Counted from the stretch's first letter, positions 37,172 through 48,356 are shown. The stretch: DNA of 64,000 nucleotides from an uncultured Planctomycetia bacterium (GCA_964406665.1 CAYOSQ010000001.1:199412-263411), one strand, 5' to 3'. Numbers and translations are program-made. Notes: generated from the letters alone by a model not told the origin.

Positions 37172-38272
37172 CTATTCTTTGTTTCTTAAAAGTATCGATT
37201 CTTTCAGAGTGAATTCTTGTATACCTAGAAGTGATTTGTGTCGGAAAGTAGCTTCTACAGAAAGCATATCACCATCGATTTCAAAATAGATTTCTTTAGC
37301 ATGATCTGCAATTAAAGAAATTCCATATTTGTCAATCTTGCTGCTACCACCAGCATAGGCATAGTCTGTAAAAGGAAGGAGTTTATGGAGTTTTCCGAAA
37401 GGTCCTTGTTCGTCTGGCTGGCTTGTATTAACTTCTTTGTTGTGTACTAGGTATCCTCCAGCATAGTAGGTGTGATAGGGATTAACCTCGAAATTATAAA
37501 CCAGCACATCTTCATCTACAAATTTAATATCAGCAATGAGTTCTTCTTGGTGAGTATCTTTTAATAGAGCATCGCCGATTTTAAGATCTTTAGCTTTTTT
37601 CCATTCGCCCTTTACGTAGAAGGGGTGTTCTCCCGTAACTTTGAGATGTCCATTAATTAAATAATATCCTTTTGTTTTGTTTTGCATAACTGCTTTTACT
37701 GTATCTTTTTGTTGTTTGTTGCAGGATTCATCAAAGGAAAGTACGGCATCTCCGACTTTAATTTCTTCAATAAGTTTAATTGTTCCGTCGGCCAAAAGTA
37801 TGGGTGTACCGGCAAGAAAGCAATGTCCAGAAGAACCAGAAGGTCTTTGGGTTAACCTCACCAGTTTATTCTTATAGTCGGGGGATAAAGCAACTTTAGG
37901 AACAAGGAGAAAGAAGTGGAGACCTTCTTGTCCATTGGCTCCCCATTTAATATCTCCATTTTCTTTAAAAATCGTATTAGCCTTAGGGTTATTTGTTATA
38001 ACCGGTACCTGGAAGGTTAACATCTCTCCTTCGTAATAGTTGTTATTCCAGTCGTTTAATGCAATTTTATCTGGGCTTGATGTGCGCAGTTCATTCATTA
38101 TTTTATTCATGGAATAGCGGGCACGCTGCTGAAGATTAATAGCAATTGTTCCTCGTAAGAAAGCGCTTCTGCCTGCTACAAAAAGAGCAAGACTAACAGC
38201 AACAATAACAATGGTGATAAGTATGCCGATCATTACTTCAGGTAGGGTAAAGCCCTTTTTTTTCATTATCAA
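37172..38272 (-). CDS. type IV pilin/pseudopilin-like protein with an internal Hint (bacterial intein-like, BIL) domain
   Basis: Class III signal MIMKKKG|FTLPEVMIGILI… (prepilin cleavage/N-methylation motif). Residues ~151-278 carry intein blocks: A CFLAGTPILLADGTIKLIEEIKVGD, B VTGEHPFYV, F/G VYNFEVNPYHTYYAGGYLVHN. Confidence 0.75.
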   Translation of the reverse strand: MIMKKKGFTLPEVMIGILITIVIVAVSLALFVAGRSAFLRGTIAINLQQRARYSMNKIMNELRTSSPDKIALNDWNNNYYEGEMLTFQVPVITNNPKANTIFKENGDIKWGANGQEGLHFFLLVPKVALSPDYKNKLVRLTQRPSGSSGHCFLAGTPILLADGTIKLIEEIKVGDAVLSFDESCNKQQKDTVKAVMQNKTKGYYLINGHLKVTGEHPFYVKGEWKKAKDLKIGDALLKDTHQEELIADIKFVDEDVLVYNFEVNPYHTYYAGGYLVHNKEVNTSQPDEQGPFGKLHKLLPFTDYAYAGGSSKIDKYGISLIADHAKEIYFEIDGDMLSVEATFRHKSLLGIQEFTLKESILLRNKE

Positions 38273-38314
38273 CCTCTTTTTAATTTCATATTCTTATATA
38301 TATTATAAAAAAAA

Positions 38315-40258
38315 CTATTCAATTACAAAATGATATTTAGTAACTCCAGGATGCAGCACTTCGTCAGTAGGAGGTGCAAGATCAATGTAGGATGCTAAAT
38401 CTGATTTACCAGAAATCCAGGCAGAGTCAACAATCTGTATGCTGTCAGGTGCAAAAGGAGGTAGGTTGTCGAAATCGTCAAATCTTTCATCGTAAGTAAA
38501 TATTCTATTGGGAGCGGTGTACCATTGTCCGCAGCCGTTAGGGCCTTGATAAAGATTAGTATCAAATATTTGTATAAATGCTCCGTTAATAGTAAGATTG
38601 CGTTGATCTTCTCCGTCAAACCACCACCTTTCTAATAATTCAGGCCCACGTCCTTTAATCAAAGCAGCATTTATGGTCGTATCAAGAGCTGGCCGGTCGA
38701 TAAATCCGGATACGGTATCAGTATCATCCCAGCCTAAACGATAATTATTCGATAGTGCTACCAATGCATCTGAAATTAACATAACTATTTTCTTATCATC
38801 AGGATTATCTGGATTGTTAAAATCACCCTCTGAATAAATTATCTTATCCGTAACAATCGTAAGTCCTGTGTTTTCGCCACTGGCAGGATTAAATATTTCT
38901 TTAGAATTTCTAAGACCTACAGCCGGTGTATTAAAACTATCAGCAGGGAATTGATTATCTACATAGATTAGTCCATTATCAGGTATATTGTTAGGACAGG
39001 GTACGGTAGGCTCAATATCCTCTGCATTTTCTTTACATAGACAATTACATTGTCCTGCCAGAGCTTCCATGTCTACAACTACTTTAGCAGTATTTTTTCC
39101 TTCTCTTTTATCATAAAAAGTATTTTCAAAAGATATCGCTCCTGTTGCATAATCTATGCCTTCTGTTAAAGCATTGTCTTCGCTGTTGTAGAGTATGGTA
39201 TCTCCAAACTCGTTCATCACCACTGTTAATCCGGCATTTTCACCAAAGTATCCATCAGGTGCTATAGAGCCGATATCATATTGAGGAGTAGGTTCTACTC
39301 CGTGAGTACTATCTTGTACTATTCCGTTCCAGCGCTCTAAAGCTACGGTTTCCCAGTCGACAGGGACGAAAGCAACGCCATCATAGCGCTCTTGTCCATA
39401 ATAGGTACGAGCACCGTCTACTAATTCTTCCGGGACACTTGCGCTTGCATCATATAAGATACCCGAGTTAGAAGATGTTTTTATTTTCATAGGTAGCATT
39501 TTATCAAAATTATCCTGGTCATCAGGGTCGTATGAGACATAAACATCTGGCCATTGCCAGGTAGATTTATCAGCATCGTATGGATTCCAGTGATATATTT
39601 TACCTGCGGAATGAATAAAGTTAGATTTTATCCTAATGCCGGTTTCCCAGGGTATGCCATCAGGGGGAAGCCAGGGACCAAAATTTATATCGCCATTAGC
39701 AAAGATCCTTCCTTTTAGTTCTGAGAAATTACCAGTTATTCCCCAATCATCATGATCAAAAACGAGAAATTGTAAAAGAGGAGTTTTTGTTCTTTTAAGG
39801 GCTTTGTATATCTTTGGTCTGATGCTTGTGGATTGTGAGAATTCAGTTAGTTCGGTTAGTATGCCGTAATAAGCCGTTGCATTGTTAAAGCCATATTCAT
39901 CTACGGCTTGGGTATCGGTATCGCCAAAGGCAGCAATTCTAAAGATTGTTGAATGGGCCGCTGCTCCAGTAAATTCACCATCATCATAAATGAAATCGTG
40001 AGGCCAGGTGGCCCCAGCTGTTTTTAGATCCTCCTCAATTTCAGGATCATTAAAAATGGCTACTTTAAAGTCCTCTGCAGCTTTAACAGAAGCACCTTCT
40101 GCTAAATAGAAGGCTTGATCAAAAAACTTACTGTTTTCTAGGGAAAACCGTTCATTTATAACTACTGTGAAAAAAGCCAATGAGGTGACTATTAGGAATA
40201 CAGACACTGCTAGAGTGATGATAAGAGCTTGGCCTTTATGTTCATAAAATAATTTCAT
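38315..40258 (-). CDS. large PilX-N-domain protein (type IV pilus minor pilin / tip-associated-like)
   Basis: N-terminus MKLFYEHKGQALIITLAVSVFLIVTSLAFF… resembles the PilX N-terminal domain. A GAGGAG RBS 6 nt upstream of the ATG at 40258. A ~630-aa beta-rich ectodomain follows. Confidence 0.55.
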   Translation of the reverse strand: MKLFYEHKGQALIITLAVSVFLIVTSLAFFTVVINERFSLENSKFFDQAFYLAEGASVKAAEDFKVAIFNDPEIEEDLKTAGATWPHDFIYDDGEFTGAAAHSTIFRIAAFGDTDTQAVDEYGFNNATAYYGILTELTEFSQSTSIRPKIYKALKRTKTPLLQFLVFDHDDWGITGNFSELKGRIFANGDINFGPWLPPDGIPWETGIRIKSNFIHSAGKIYHWNPYDADKSTWQWPDVYVSYDPDDQDNFDKMLPMKIKTSSNSGILYDASASVPEELVDGARTYYGQERYDGVAFVPVDWETVALERWNGIVQDSTHGVEPTPQYDIGSIAPDGYFGENAGLTVVMNEFGDTILYNSEDNALTEGIDYATGAISFENTFYDKREGKNTAKVVVDMEALAGQCNCLCKENAEDIEPTVPCPNNIPDNGLIYVDNQFPADSFNTPAVGLRNSKEIFNPASGENTGLTIVTDKIIYSEGDFNNPDNPDDKKIVMLISDALVALSNNYRLGWDDTDTVSGFIDRPALDTTINAALIKGRGPELLERWWFDGEDQRNLTINGAFIQIFDTNLYQGPNGCGQWYTAPNRIFTYDERFDDFDNLPPFAPDSIQIVDSAWISGKSDLASYIDLAPPTDEVLHPGVTKYHFVIE

Positions 40259-40393
40259 GATGGTCTCCTCGGTAAAACCATCAACGTTCAGGGATATTGC
40301 AAAAAACACTTATTTTTTAGCAAAATTCCCTTTCTATAAGTATAACACGCATTTGTGAGCTTTACAATTTAATTAGAATAGTCTAAAAGAACC

Positions 40394-40843
40394 TTATTTT
40401 TTTATGATAGTGCGAAGCGAGGTTTCTGTCTGGCCAGCAGGACCAAATCTATCCCAACTTACTGTTGCGGTTAGATTTAAGAATTCAGGGGGGTTATCAT
40501 GGTGTATAATTGTGATATGTTCATCAGTCAAGGTGTAGCCACCAATAAGCACATCATAAGGGTTGGAAGGGTTTAACGTAGGCCCATCAACGATGCCATC
40601 AGGGAAATAGTCGGTGAGCTCATAGGTGCCGGTTCCTGCTTCGGCACGGTTTAAAATCGACTCAATAATCTTTTTTGCGTGAGTCAACGCAATAGTTGTT
40701 TCTTTGGAAATTGTAATAAACCGCGTACAAAGAGTTATTTGGTGAATAACAGCAGTAAGGCCGATAACAATGATAAAAATTGCTATAAGTATCTCAATGA
40801 GAGTTAAAGCCTTGCTGTTAACTGCCTTTTTAAAATTTAACAT
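40394..40843 (-). CDS. prepilin-type N-terminal cleavage/methylation domain protein (minor pilin/pseudopilin)
   Basis: …KALTLIEILIAIFIIVIGLTAV… N-terminal pilin helix with Glu at +5. 149 aa. Confidence 0.7.
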   Translation of the reverse strand: MLNFKKAVNSKALTLIEILIAIFIIVIGLTAVIHQITLCTRFITISKETTIALTHAKKIIESILNRAEAGTGTYELTDYFPDGIVDGPTLNPSNPYDVLIGGYTLTDEHITIIHHDNPPEFLNLTATVSWDRFGPAGQTETSLRTIIKK

Positions 40844-40952
40844 TTTCTTAATTTGTTTAAATTATTTATTAAGTAGTCACCTAAAAAGAATATACCATAT
40901 ACTAAGCCACTTATCAATAAAACACTATGATTGCTAGAATAGGTAAAGTAGG

Positions 40953-40981
40953 TTGCAATAACGATTATTTTTAAGTATAAT
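40953..40981 (+). promoter_or_regulatory. sigma70-like promoter TTGCAA-17-TATAAT upstream of secA
   Basis: Hexamers at 40953-40958 and 40976-40981, ~80 nt upstream of the secA ATG. Confidence 0.45.
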
Positions 40982-41061
40982 CTATATACGTATTTACGGC
41001 TACAAGGGTTTGATAGAGATCATTTCAAAAGAAGTTTTGAATAATATTAAGGATAAGAAAC

Positions 41062-44013
41062 ATGTTCGGTTTTCTGATTAAAAATATTGCTTGGAAATTA
41101 GCTAATCATTCAATTAAATCCCACGTTCCCAAGGTCAATATCTACATACCTAAGGATTCCACGCTTCAGTCTATGTCTTCAATTAAGCAGATGTCAAAAA
41201 CAGTGTCTTTGATAAATAGTTTAGAAGAGCAAATTTCCAAATTATCAGATGAGAAACTCAAAACAAAAACCCAAGAGTTTAAGAATAAAATTCAACAAGA
41301 TACAAATCAGGCTCAAGATTTTCTAAGCAAGCTCGAGCAAGAATTACAACAGGCAGATAATGTTAAAAGGCAAGATATCGAAGAGCAGATTAAGCAGGCA
41401 AAGAACGATCTAAAGGAAGTAACAGAGAAATCTCTTGAAGAGGTTTTACCTGAAGCCTTTGCTGTTGTTAGAGAAGCGGGAAAGCGCACCGTAGAAATGA
41501 GACATTTTGATTCGCAGCTTGTAGGAGGAATTGTTCTGCATCGTGGTAAAATTGCAGAAATGGCCACGGGAGAAGGAAAGACATTAGTTGCCACACTTGC
41601 TGCATATCTTAATGCTCTTGCGGGAAAAGGTGTACATATTGTTACAGTAAATGATTACCTTGCCCGGCGCGATAGGGAATGGATGGGGCCGTTGTATGAA
41701 TTTTTAGGTTTAACGGTCGGAACCATTCAGCATGATATGGACAGTAAGTCAAGACAGCAGGCATATGGCTGCGACATTGCTTATGGAACCAACAATGAGT
41801 TCGGCTTTGATTATTTGCGTGACAATATGGTGATTTATAAAGAAAATATGGTTCAGCGCGAACTCAATTTTTCCATAGTTGATGAAGTTGATAGTATTTT
41901 GGTGGATGAAGCGAGGACACCTTTAATTATTTCTGGCCCGGCTGAAGAATCAACTGATAAATATTATACGGCAAACAGAATTTCTGGGCAGCTCAAGGGT
42001 AGGCGCATTACAGAACAAGAACAGATTGAAGCAAAATATAAAGAGATAGATTTAAGCGTAGGGTTTGATTATATAGCTGATGAGAAAGCGCATACAATTT
42101 CTCTTACAGATGAAGGCGAAGTTAAGGCGGCAAAGCTTTTCGGTGTGGAAAGCCTGCACGATCTAGAAACTATAGAATACAGGCATCATGTTATTTCTGC
42201 TCTTCGAGCAAAAGAATTCTTCAAAAGAGATACGCATTATCTTTTAAAAGACGGTCAGGTTATAATTGTAGATGAGTTTACCGGTCGCATGATGCCGGGG
42301 AGACGTTGGTCTGATGGTTTGCATCAGGCGGTTGAAGCAAAAGAAGGGATGAAGATTGAGCGGGAAAACCAAACACTTGCTACAGTCACTTTTCAGAATT
42401 ATTTCCGTATGTATAATAAACTTTCCGGAATGACCGGAACCGCTTATACAGAGGCATCAGAGTTTAAGGAAATATATAATCTTGATGTTGTGGTTATTCC
42501 AACTAATAAAGTATTGGCTAGGACAAATCATCCTGATTGTATTTATAAAACCGAAGAAGAAAAATTTAATGCAGTGGTTGAAGAAATAGCCGAGCTTTAT
42601 AATGCTGGCCGTCCGGTTTTAGTCGGTACAATTTCTATAGAAAGATCAGAGAGGCTTTCGTATCTGTTAAAAATGCGCGGTATCCCCCATCAGGTATTAA
42701 ATGCAAAATATCACGAACTTGAAGCACATATTGTAAGTCAGGCAGGAAAATATCAAGCTGTTACAATTGCTACAAACATGGCCGGGCGAGGTACGGATAT
42801 TGTGTTGGGAGGTAACCCGGAATTCTTGGTAAAAAATGTATTAAAGGATAAAGAATTAGAACACGATAGTCCGGAATATAAAGAACAATACGATAAGCTT
42901 ATTACAAAATTTAAGAATGAAGCAGATGATGAACATAAAAAAGTTGTTGAGGCTGGAGGGCTCCATGTTTTAGGAACAGAGAGGCACGAAGCCAGAAGAA
43001 TTGATAATCAGCTGAGAGGCCGATCTGGTAGACAAGGTGACCCCGGTTCTTCTAGATTCTATGTTGCGCTTAACGACGATTTAATGAGGTTGTTTGGATC
43101 TGATCGCATAGCTTTTATCATGGAAAAATTCGGAATGGAGGAAGGACAGGTTATCGAACATCCTCTGGTATCTCGAGCAATTGAGATAGCGCAAAAAAGG
43201 GTAGAACAATATAACTTTGAGATAAGAAAACAGCTTTTGGAATATGATAATGTTATGAATATGCAGCGTGAAGTCATTTATAGTTTACGGCGCAGAATTT
43301 TGGAAGGACAGGATATTAAATCATATATCTTGGATAATTTATTTGAGCTCATCGGTGTAATTTTGGATCGCTACATTTATGCTCAAGGAGAAACCCAGGG
43401 TCCTGATGTAAAAGGTTTTAAGCTTTATTTGAAATCACGTTTCAGTCTTGGATTAGATATGTCGGAGGAAGACATTATTTCTTCATCAAAAGATGATCTG
43501 CAAGATAAACTTTATAGCTTGTTGACCGCTATTTATGAAGAAAAGCAAAAAACAATAGGTTCAGATAGAATGAGGTATTTAGAGAGGGTAACAACTTTAC
43601 AGATAATCGATACTAAATGGAAAGATCATCTTCACGCTATGGATAGTCTGCGTGAAGGAATTTCTCTTCGGGCATATGGTCAGAGGGATCCCCTGATAGA
43701 ATATAAGAAGGAAGGTTTTGCCATGTTTCAGGGCATCTTTGATTCTATAAAAGATGATTGTGTTGAAACTATATTTAAGATAGAAGCAGTAAAAAAAGAT
43801 AACATGCGTAGCATATTTATGTCTTTGCCTCAACAGTTGGTGCATAATGATTTTTCCGGCTTACAGCAGCGTCCGCAAAAAAAGCAACCCGAAGTTCAAA
43901 AGCCTAATGACGTCCCACAACAACCAGTAGGGCAACCTTCCCAAAAAGTTGGACGGAACGTTCCTTGTCCTTGTGGGAGTGGCAAAAAATACAAGAAATG
44001 CTGTGGAAAATGA
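41062..44013 (+). CDS. secA: preprotein translocase ATPase SecA
   Basis: DEAD-like motor motifs (…[11 protein letters not shown]…, …[19 protein letters not shown]…) and the C-terminal zinc finger …[14 protein letters not shown]. The N-terminal region has an extra ~35-aa charged coiled-coil insertion. Confidence 0.95.
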   Translation: MFGFLIKNIAWKLANHSIKSHVPKVNIYIPKDSTLQSMSSIKQMSKTVSLINSLEEQISKLSDEKLKTKTQEFKNKIQQDTNQAQDFLSKLEQELQQADNVKRQDIEEQIKQAKNDLKEVTEKSLEEVLPEAFAVVREAGKRTVEMRHFDSQLVGGIVLHRGKIAEMATGEGKTLVATLAAYLNALAGKGVHIVTVNDYLARRDREWMGPLYEFLGLTVGTIQHDMDSKSRQQAYGCDIAYGTNNEFGFDYLRDNMVIYKENMVQRELNFSIVDEVDSILVDEARTPLIISGPAEESTDKYYTANRISGQLKGRRITEQEQIEAKYKEIDLSVGFDYIADEKAHTISLTDEGEVKAAKLFGVESLHDLETIEYRHHVISALRAKEFFKRDTHYLLKDGQVIIVDEFTGRMMPGRRWSDGLHQAVEAKEGMKIERENQTLATVTFQNYFRMYNKLSGMTGTAYTEASEFKEIYNLDVVVIPTNKVLARTNHPDCIYKTEEEKFNAVVEEIAELYNAGRPVLVGTISIERSERLSYLLKMRGIPHQVLNAKYHELEAHIVSQAGKYQAVTIATNMAGRGTDIVLGGNPEFLVKNVLKDKELEHDSPEYKEQYDKLITKFKNEADDEHKKVVEAGGLHVLGTERHEARRIDNQLRGRSGRQGDPGSSRFYVALNDDLMRLFGSDRIAFIMEKFGMEEGQVIEHPLVSRAIEIAQKRVEQYNFEIRKQLLEYDNVMNMQREVIYSLRRRILEGQDIKSYILDNLFELIGVILDRYIYAQGETQGPDVKGFKLYLKSRFSLGLDMSEEDIISSSKDDLQDKLYSLLTAIYEEKQKTIGSDRMRYLERVTTLQIIDTKWKDHLHAMDSLREGISLRAYGQRDPLIEYKKEGFAMFQGIFDSIKDDCVETIFKIEAVKKDNMRSIFMSLPQQLVHNDFSGLQQRPQKKQPEVQKPNDVPQQPVGQPSQKVGRNVPCPCGSGKKYKKCCGK

Positions 44014-45536
44014 TTTCTAGTCATTCCTTAAATAAAAAGAATAATTTATTTTTGATTAATCTACTTGCGATATTAAGCGGGGTTATATTATCTCTGCCGT
44101 TTTTTAGCGGTAGTTTGTGGATTTTCGCGTGGTTTGGATTTGTACCGCTATTTTTCACCTGGGAAAATCAGACAATATCCAGAAGAATATATTCTTCTTT
44201 TATATCCGGGGTAGTATTCTTTAGCTGTTCTATATATTGGCTTATCCATGTTACTTTGGCTGGTCAGATAGTATTGATTTTATATCTGTCTTTGTATTTT
44301 TTACTGTTTGGAATTATAGTTAATATTAGAAAAGATAATCATTCGGCATCATCATTATTTTTTATTCCTGCCTGTTGGGTAGTGCTTGAATTTATCCGCA
44401 GTATTTTATTTACCGGTTTTGGCTGGGCATCGTTAGGTTATTCTCAGTATCAGTTTATTCCAATGATTCAGATTGCAGATATTGGGGGAGTTTACGCGGT
44501 TTCCTTTATTTTGATGATGGTTAATTACGGAATATATTTAATATTAAAAAAAGATATAAAAAAATCTATTAAATATTCTACAACGATAATTTGCTTCTGT
44601 TTGTTGATAACATGTTTTTCGTATGGCGTTTTTAAAATTAACAACAAAAGCTTTGAAAAAGAAATAAAAATAGCTGTAATACAGGGAAACATACCCCAAG
44701 ATGTTAAGTGGAGAGAAGGTTCAAGCCCCTATATTTTAAAAGAATATTTGCATCTTACAAAACAGGCTGCAGAAGATAATCCTCAGCTTATTGTGTGGCC
44801 GGAGTCATCATTTCCGGAAGTGCTCGATAGAGAAAGCTATGTTTTCGATAGCATAGTAGATGTTGCAAGGCAGATAAAAATTCCGCTTTTAGTGGGTGCA
44901 ATTACCGCAGAGGGTAATGAATTATATAACAGCGCTTTGTTGGTTTCTTCTGATGGAGAAATAGTTAAAAAGTATAATAAGCTGCATTTGGTTCCATTTG
45001 GTGAATATTTACCATTTAAGCGTTTGTTTTCCTTTGTTGAGCATATCGCCCCTGCGCCAATTGGCGATTGTGCCAGCGGAAAAACATATAGCGTGTTTTC
45101 TTCAGAAAGCAATAATGAAAAGTTTTCGGTGCTTATTTGTTTTGAAGATGTATTTTCTAACGTTGCCAGGACTTTTGCCAATGGGGGAGCAGAGTTTCTT
45201 GCTGTCATTACAAATGATGCCTGGTTTAAGGAAACAACCGCACCTTATCAACATGTACAGGCTTCAGTTTTCAGGGCAGTTGAAAATCGTATTCCTATAA
45301 TAAGGGCAGCTAATACGGGGGTTTCTTGTTTTATTGATTCTAGCGGAAAAATTACTTCCAGAGTAACTGATGCTTCTTCAGAGAAAGATATATTTATTTC
45401 AGGATATAGCAGTGATATAGTACGCATACCCGGTGGCGGCAGCACATTCTACATGAGGTATTCGGATTTGTTTATAGTTATCTGCTGTATGTTTATTTTA
45501 ATAAGTCTTTTCATTGAGAAAAAAAAGCAAAATTAG
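44010..45536 (+). CDS. lnt: apolipoprotein N-acyltransferase
   Basis: N-terminal polytopic membrane domain plus a CN-hydrolase domain (…[16 protein letters not shown]…, …LICFEDVF…). The ATG at 44010 overlaps the secA stop by ATGA. Confidence 0.85.
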   Translation: MISSHSLNKKNNLFLINLLAILSGVILSLPFFSGSLWIFAWFGFVPLFFTWENQTISRRIYSSFISGVVFFSCSIYWLIHVTLAGQIVLILYLSLYFLLFGIIVNIRKDNHSASSLFFIPACWVVLEFIRSILFTGFGWASLGYSQYQFIPMIQIADIGGVYAVSFILMMVNYGIYLILKKDIKKSIKYSTTIICFCLLITCFSYGVFKINNKSFEKEIKIAVIQGNIPQDVKWREGSSPYILKEYLHLTKQAAEDNPQLIVWPESSFPEVLDRESYVFDSIVDVARQIKIPLLVGAITAEGNELYNSALLVSSDGEIVKKYNKLHLVPFGEYLPFKRLFSFVEHIAPAPIGDCASGKTYSVFSSESNNEKFSVLICFEDVFSNVARTFANGGAEFLAVITNDAWFKETTAPYQHVQASVFRAVENRIPIIRAANTGVSCFIDSSGKITSRVTDASSEKDIFISGYSSDIVRIPGGGSTFYMRYSDLFIVICCMFILISLFIEKKKQN

Positions 45537-45556
45537 TTTTTCTCGTTTGGCACGAC

Positions 45557-47122
45557 ATGAAAAACTTTAAACTAAGCAATATTCCACGTTGGCATTTTTA
45601 TTCATTTTCCCTCGTAGCATTATTTTCTTTTTTACTTTCTTTTAAATGGAGTTTGACACCAACATTTATAGATATTTATTATCATCTTTCTGCAGTTCTG
45701 GGATTTGATGAAGCCGGAGGATTTGTTGCAACAGCATTTTGGGAAGCAGCTCCTTTTGGCAGGCCGCATCTGTACCCACCGTTTACACACTTCTTAATGC
45801 TTTTTTTGTTTAAAATAGGAATGCCCATACTTTCTGTTGCTCGCCTTTTTGAATATTGTATGTTTCCTATTTTGTTGATAACTATGTGGTATTTTATCAA
45901 AAGCTTTTGCTCAGATAGAGCGGCATTTTTCTCTGTATTGATTGCTTCTTCAGCATATTCATTTTATTTATCTTCTGTAAATTTCATACCAACCTCAGTT
46001 GCGATAGTGTTGGGACTTTTAGCTTTTTTATGTTTAGAAAAAGATAAAATTATTGCCGCTGCTATTTTGTTGGGTTTATGTTTTTATGCTCACGTAGGTG
46101 TGCCGTGGATTTTTCTAGGAAGTTTTTGTGTTTATGGATTATTTAACTCTCTTCGCTTAAAAAGCTGTTTGAAAGTTGCTGGCTTTGGCCTATTGCTTGC
46201 ATTACCGATATTGGTTTTTCAGTATAATCTTAGAGAGTATTTAAGCATAAGGCAAAACATTGAGTCATTCATTCTGGAAATCAATCTATGGATTTATTTA
46301 GCTGCGATACCGGGAATTTTTATAGCAATTAAGCGACGAGGCAGCTATTTATTTATTCCGTCATTTTTGATATTTAGTATGATGCCGTTGATAATAGGTT
46401 ACTATTATCGAACTCTATCAGGGCAGGGAATTATAGCTTTTATTTTCTTATCAGCAATAAGTCTTGATTCTATTTTTGCCAGGATGTCAAAATCACTAAT
46501 AAGTTATTTTAAGAACAAAAATGAGAGATGTTTAAAACACTTGTTGCTTTTGTTTATTTTTGTATTCTTTTTTGTTTTTTCACCTTCAATCGTGATTCAG
46601 AACGATGAAAAAAAACTATGTTTTGTAAACTCTACGTATGTTAATTTAGTTCCAGAGTTTAAAACACTATATAGGCCTAATGAGTTCTCAATATACTTTC
46701 CTAAGTTTTTCAAAGACATCTCAGATATCGTTGGAAAATATTCTCAGGAAGGTGATATAATATACTGTAATCAAGATTATGTCGGAGGATTGATCTCTGT
46801 TTTAACACGCAGGGCAACTTCTAATGTTATGTTGCAGGAAATCAGAACAAATAATTTAGCCGATCCTGCAAAAGATGCTAAAATTATCATCTGGATGAAA
46901 GATCCGGATAGAAAAATTGATTTAGAAATGTTATCTTTCTTAGATAGGTATGATTTAAATATAATTGTAGAGACAGATTTAGCATATATTTATTTGAATG
47001 ATCATACCCGGGCTAAAAGAATAGTCGCTGAGCCTAAAATCTCCAGCAGTCTAGTTTTTGTAATATTATTTCTGTTGTTTAGTATCTGTTTGTTTGATAT
47101 TTTCAGGAAACGTAAATCATAA
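45557..47122 (+). CDS. hypothetical polytopic membrane protein (possible GT-C-type glycosyltransferase-like fold; unassigned)
   Basis: 521 aa with >10 predicted TM segments, then a soluble C-terminal region and a final TM. No diagnostic motif recognised. Confidence 0.5.
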   Translation: MKNFKLSNIPRWHFYSFSLVALFSFLLSFKWSLTPTFIDIYYHLSAVLGFDEAGGFVATAFWEAAPFGRPHLYPPFTHFLMLFLFKIGMPILSVARLFEYCMFPILLITMWYFIKSFCSDRAAFFSVLIASSAYSFYLSSVNFIPTSVAIVLGLLAFLCLEKDKIIAAAILLGLCFYAHVGVPWIFLGSFCVYGLFNSLRLKSCLKVAGFGLLLALPILVFQYNLREYLSIRQNIESFILEINLWIYLAAIPGIFIAIKRRGSYLFIPSFLIFSMMPLIIGYYYRTLSGQGIIAFIFLSAISLDSIFARMSKSLISYFKNKNERCLKHLLLLFIFVFFFVFSPSIVIQNDEKKLCFVNSTYVNLVPEFKTLYRPNEFSIYFPKFFKDISDIVGKYSQEGDIIYCNQDYVGGLISVLTRRATSNVMLQEIRTNNLADPAKDAKIIIWMKDPDRKIDLEMLSFLDRYDLNIIVETDLAYIYLNDHTRAKRIVAEPKISSSLVFVILFLLFSICLFDIFRKRKS

Positions 47123-47124
47123 AT

Positions 47125-48300
47125 ATGGACAAAAAACTTATAAGCAATACTGAAAAATTCCGCTGGGGCTATAAGGGAGCGTGGGTAAGCATAATTGGTA
47201 ATATCATATTATTTATATTAAAAATAAACTTAGGTTTATTGATTAATAGTATTTCTCTTATTGCCGATGCGATACATTCTTTGTCGGATACAGTTACATC
47301 TTTTGTCGTTGTGGTTGGTTTCAAGATTTCTCAGAAACCTCCAGATAAAGAGCATCCGTTCGGTCATGGTAGAACAGAAAACATCGCAGCATTAATTATT
47401 TCAGTAATGCTTGTATTCGTAGGAATTGGCCTTGCTCAAGATGCTTTCAAAAGATGTTTTGACCCACCAGTTGTAAAGGGTAATTTTACAATTGCAGCTA
47501 TAATCTTGGTCACTGTTTTTATAAAAGAACTGATGGCCCAATATTCTTTCAGAATAGCTAAAAAGATAGATTCGCAATCTTTGGTTGCTGATGCTTGGCA
47601 CCATCGCTTTGATGCTATAAGCAGCATATTGGTAGTTGTGGCATTGGTTGCTTCTTATTACGGTCATTTTAAGGTAGATGCATATTTAGGAATAGCAGTT
47701 GCTATCGTAATTATTGTTGTTGCCGTAATGTTGATTAAAAAATCATCATCTTTTCTTTTAGGAAAAGCACCAAAAAAAGAGATGATAAAAAGCATAAAAG
47801 AATTTGCTCTTTCAGTAAAGGGTATAAAAGGAGCTCACAATATATTGGTACATAATTATGGTTATCACAATGTAGTTTCTCTTCACATTGAAGTTGCTAA
47901 GACCTTAAATTTAACACAGGCTCATCAATTAGCTACTGCCGTTGAAAACAAAATAAGTAACAAACTTAAAGCTTCTACAGTAGTCCATGTAGATTTGCAT
48001 AAAGATAAGTCAAAGCTTACAAATTCTCAGCTGAAGAAGGTTCTAAAGAAAATTCTGCATTCGCATAAAGAAATAGTAAATTACCATGAGGTTAATTTTC
48101 TTTCTTTGCAGGGTATAGAGACCATAGATTTTCATGTAACTGTTCGTTACGATATGCCTGTTGAAAAGGCACATGAGTTAAATCATTCATTAACAGACGA
48201 TATTAAAAAGCATCTTAAAGGCTATACGGTTAATATACATATTGAGCCATGTGATAGTAAGTGCGAAATATGTTCTAAAAATTGCGATAAGACAATATAG
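47125..48300 (+). CDS. cation diffusion facilitator (CDF) family metal transporter with an extended C-terminal tail
   Basis: …IADAIHSLSDTVTSF…HPFGHGRTE… and …DAWHHRFDAISS… CDF signatures. A ~90-aa C-terminal extension ends with the Cys cluster CDSKCEICSKNC. Confidence 0.8.
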   Translation: MDKKLISNTEKFRWGYKGAWVSIIGNIILFILKINLGLLINSISLIADAIHSLSDTVTSFVVVVGFKISQKPPDKEHPFGHGRTENIAALIISVMLVFVGIGLAQDAFKRCFDPPVVKGNFTIAAIILVTVFIKELMAQYSFRIAKKIDSQSLVADAWHHRFDAISSILVVVALVASYYGHFKVDAYLGIAVAIVIIVVAVMLIKKSSSFLLGKAPKKEMIKSIKEFALSVKGIKGAHNILVHNYGYHNVVSLHIEVAKTLNLTQAHQLATAVENKISNKLKASTVVHVDLHKDKSKLTNSQLKKVLKKILHSHKEIVNYHEVNFLSLQGIETIDFHVTVRYDMPVEKAHELNHSLTDDIKKHLKGYTVNIHIEPCDSKCEICSKNCDKTI

Positions 48301-48356
48301 TAGTTTTTGGATAAGTTAATAGTTTGCATGGTAAGGATTTAACCCCGGAGGAAAAT

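Noticed and set aside
37439-37822. Canonical protein-splicing intein inside the pilin-like gene
   Set aside because: The residue following the terminal HN is Lys, not the Cys/Ser/Thr needed for splicing, and there is no homing-endonuclease domain. It is better described as a BIL/Hint autoprocessing domain.
43965-44009. Longer lnt start overlapping secA by 49 nt
   Set aside because: An in-frame ATG at 44010 forms an ATGA overlap with the secA stop and gives a normal Lnt N-terminal TM start.
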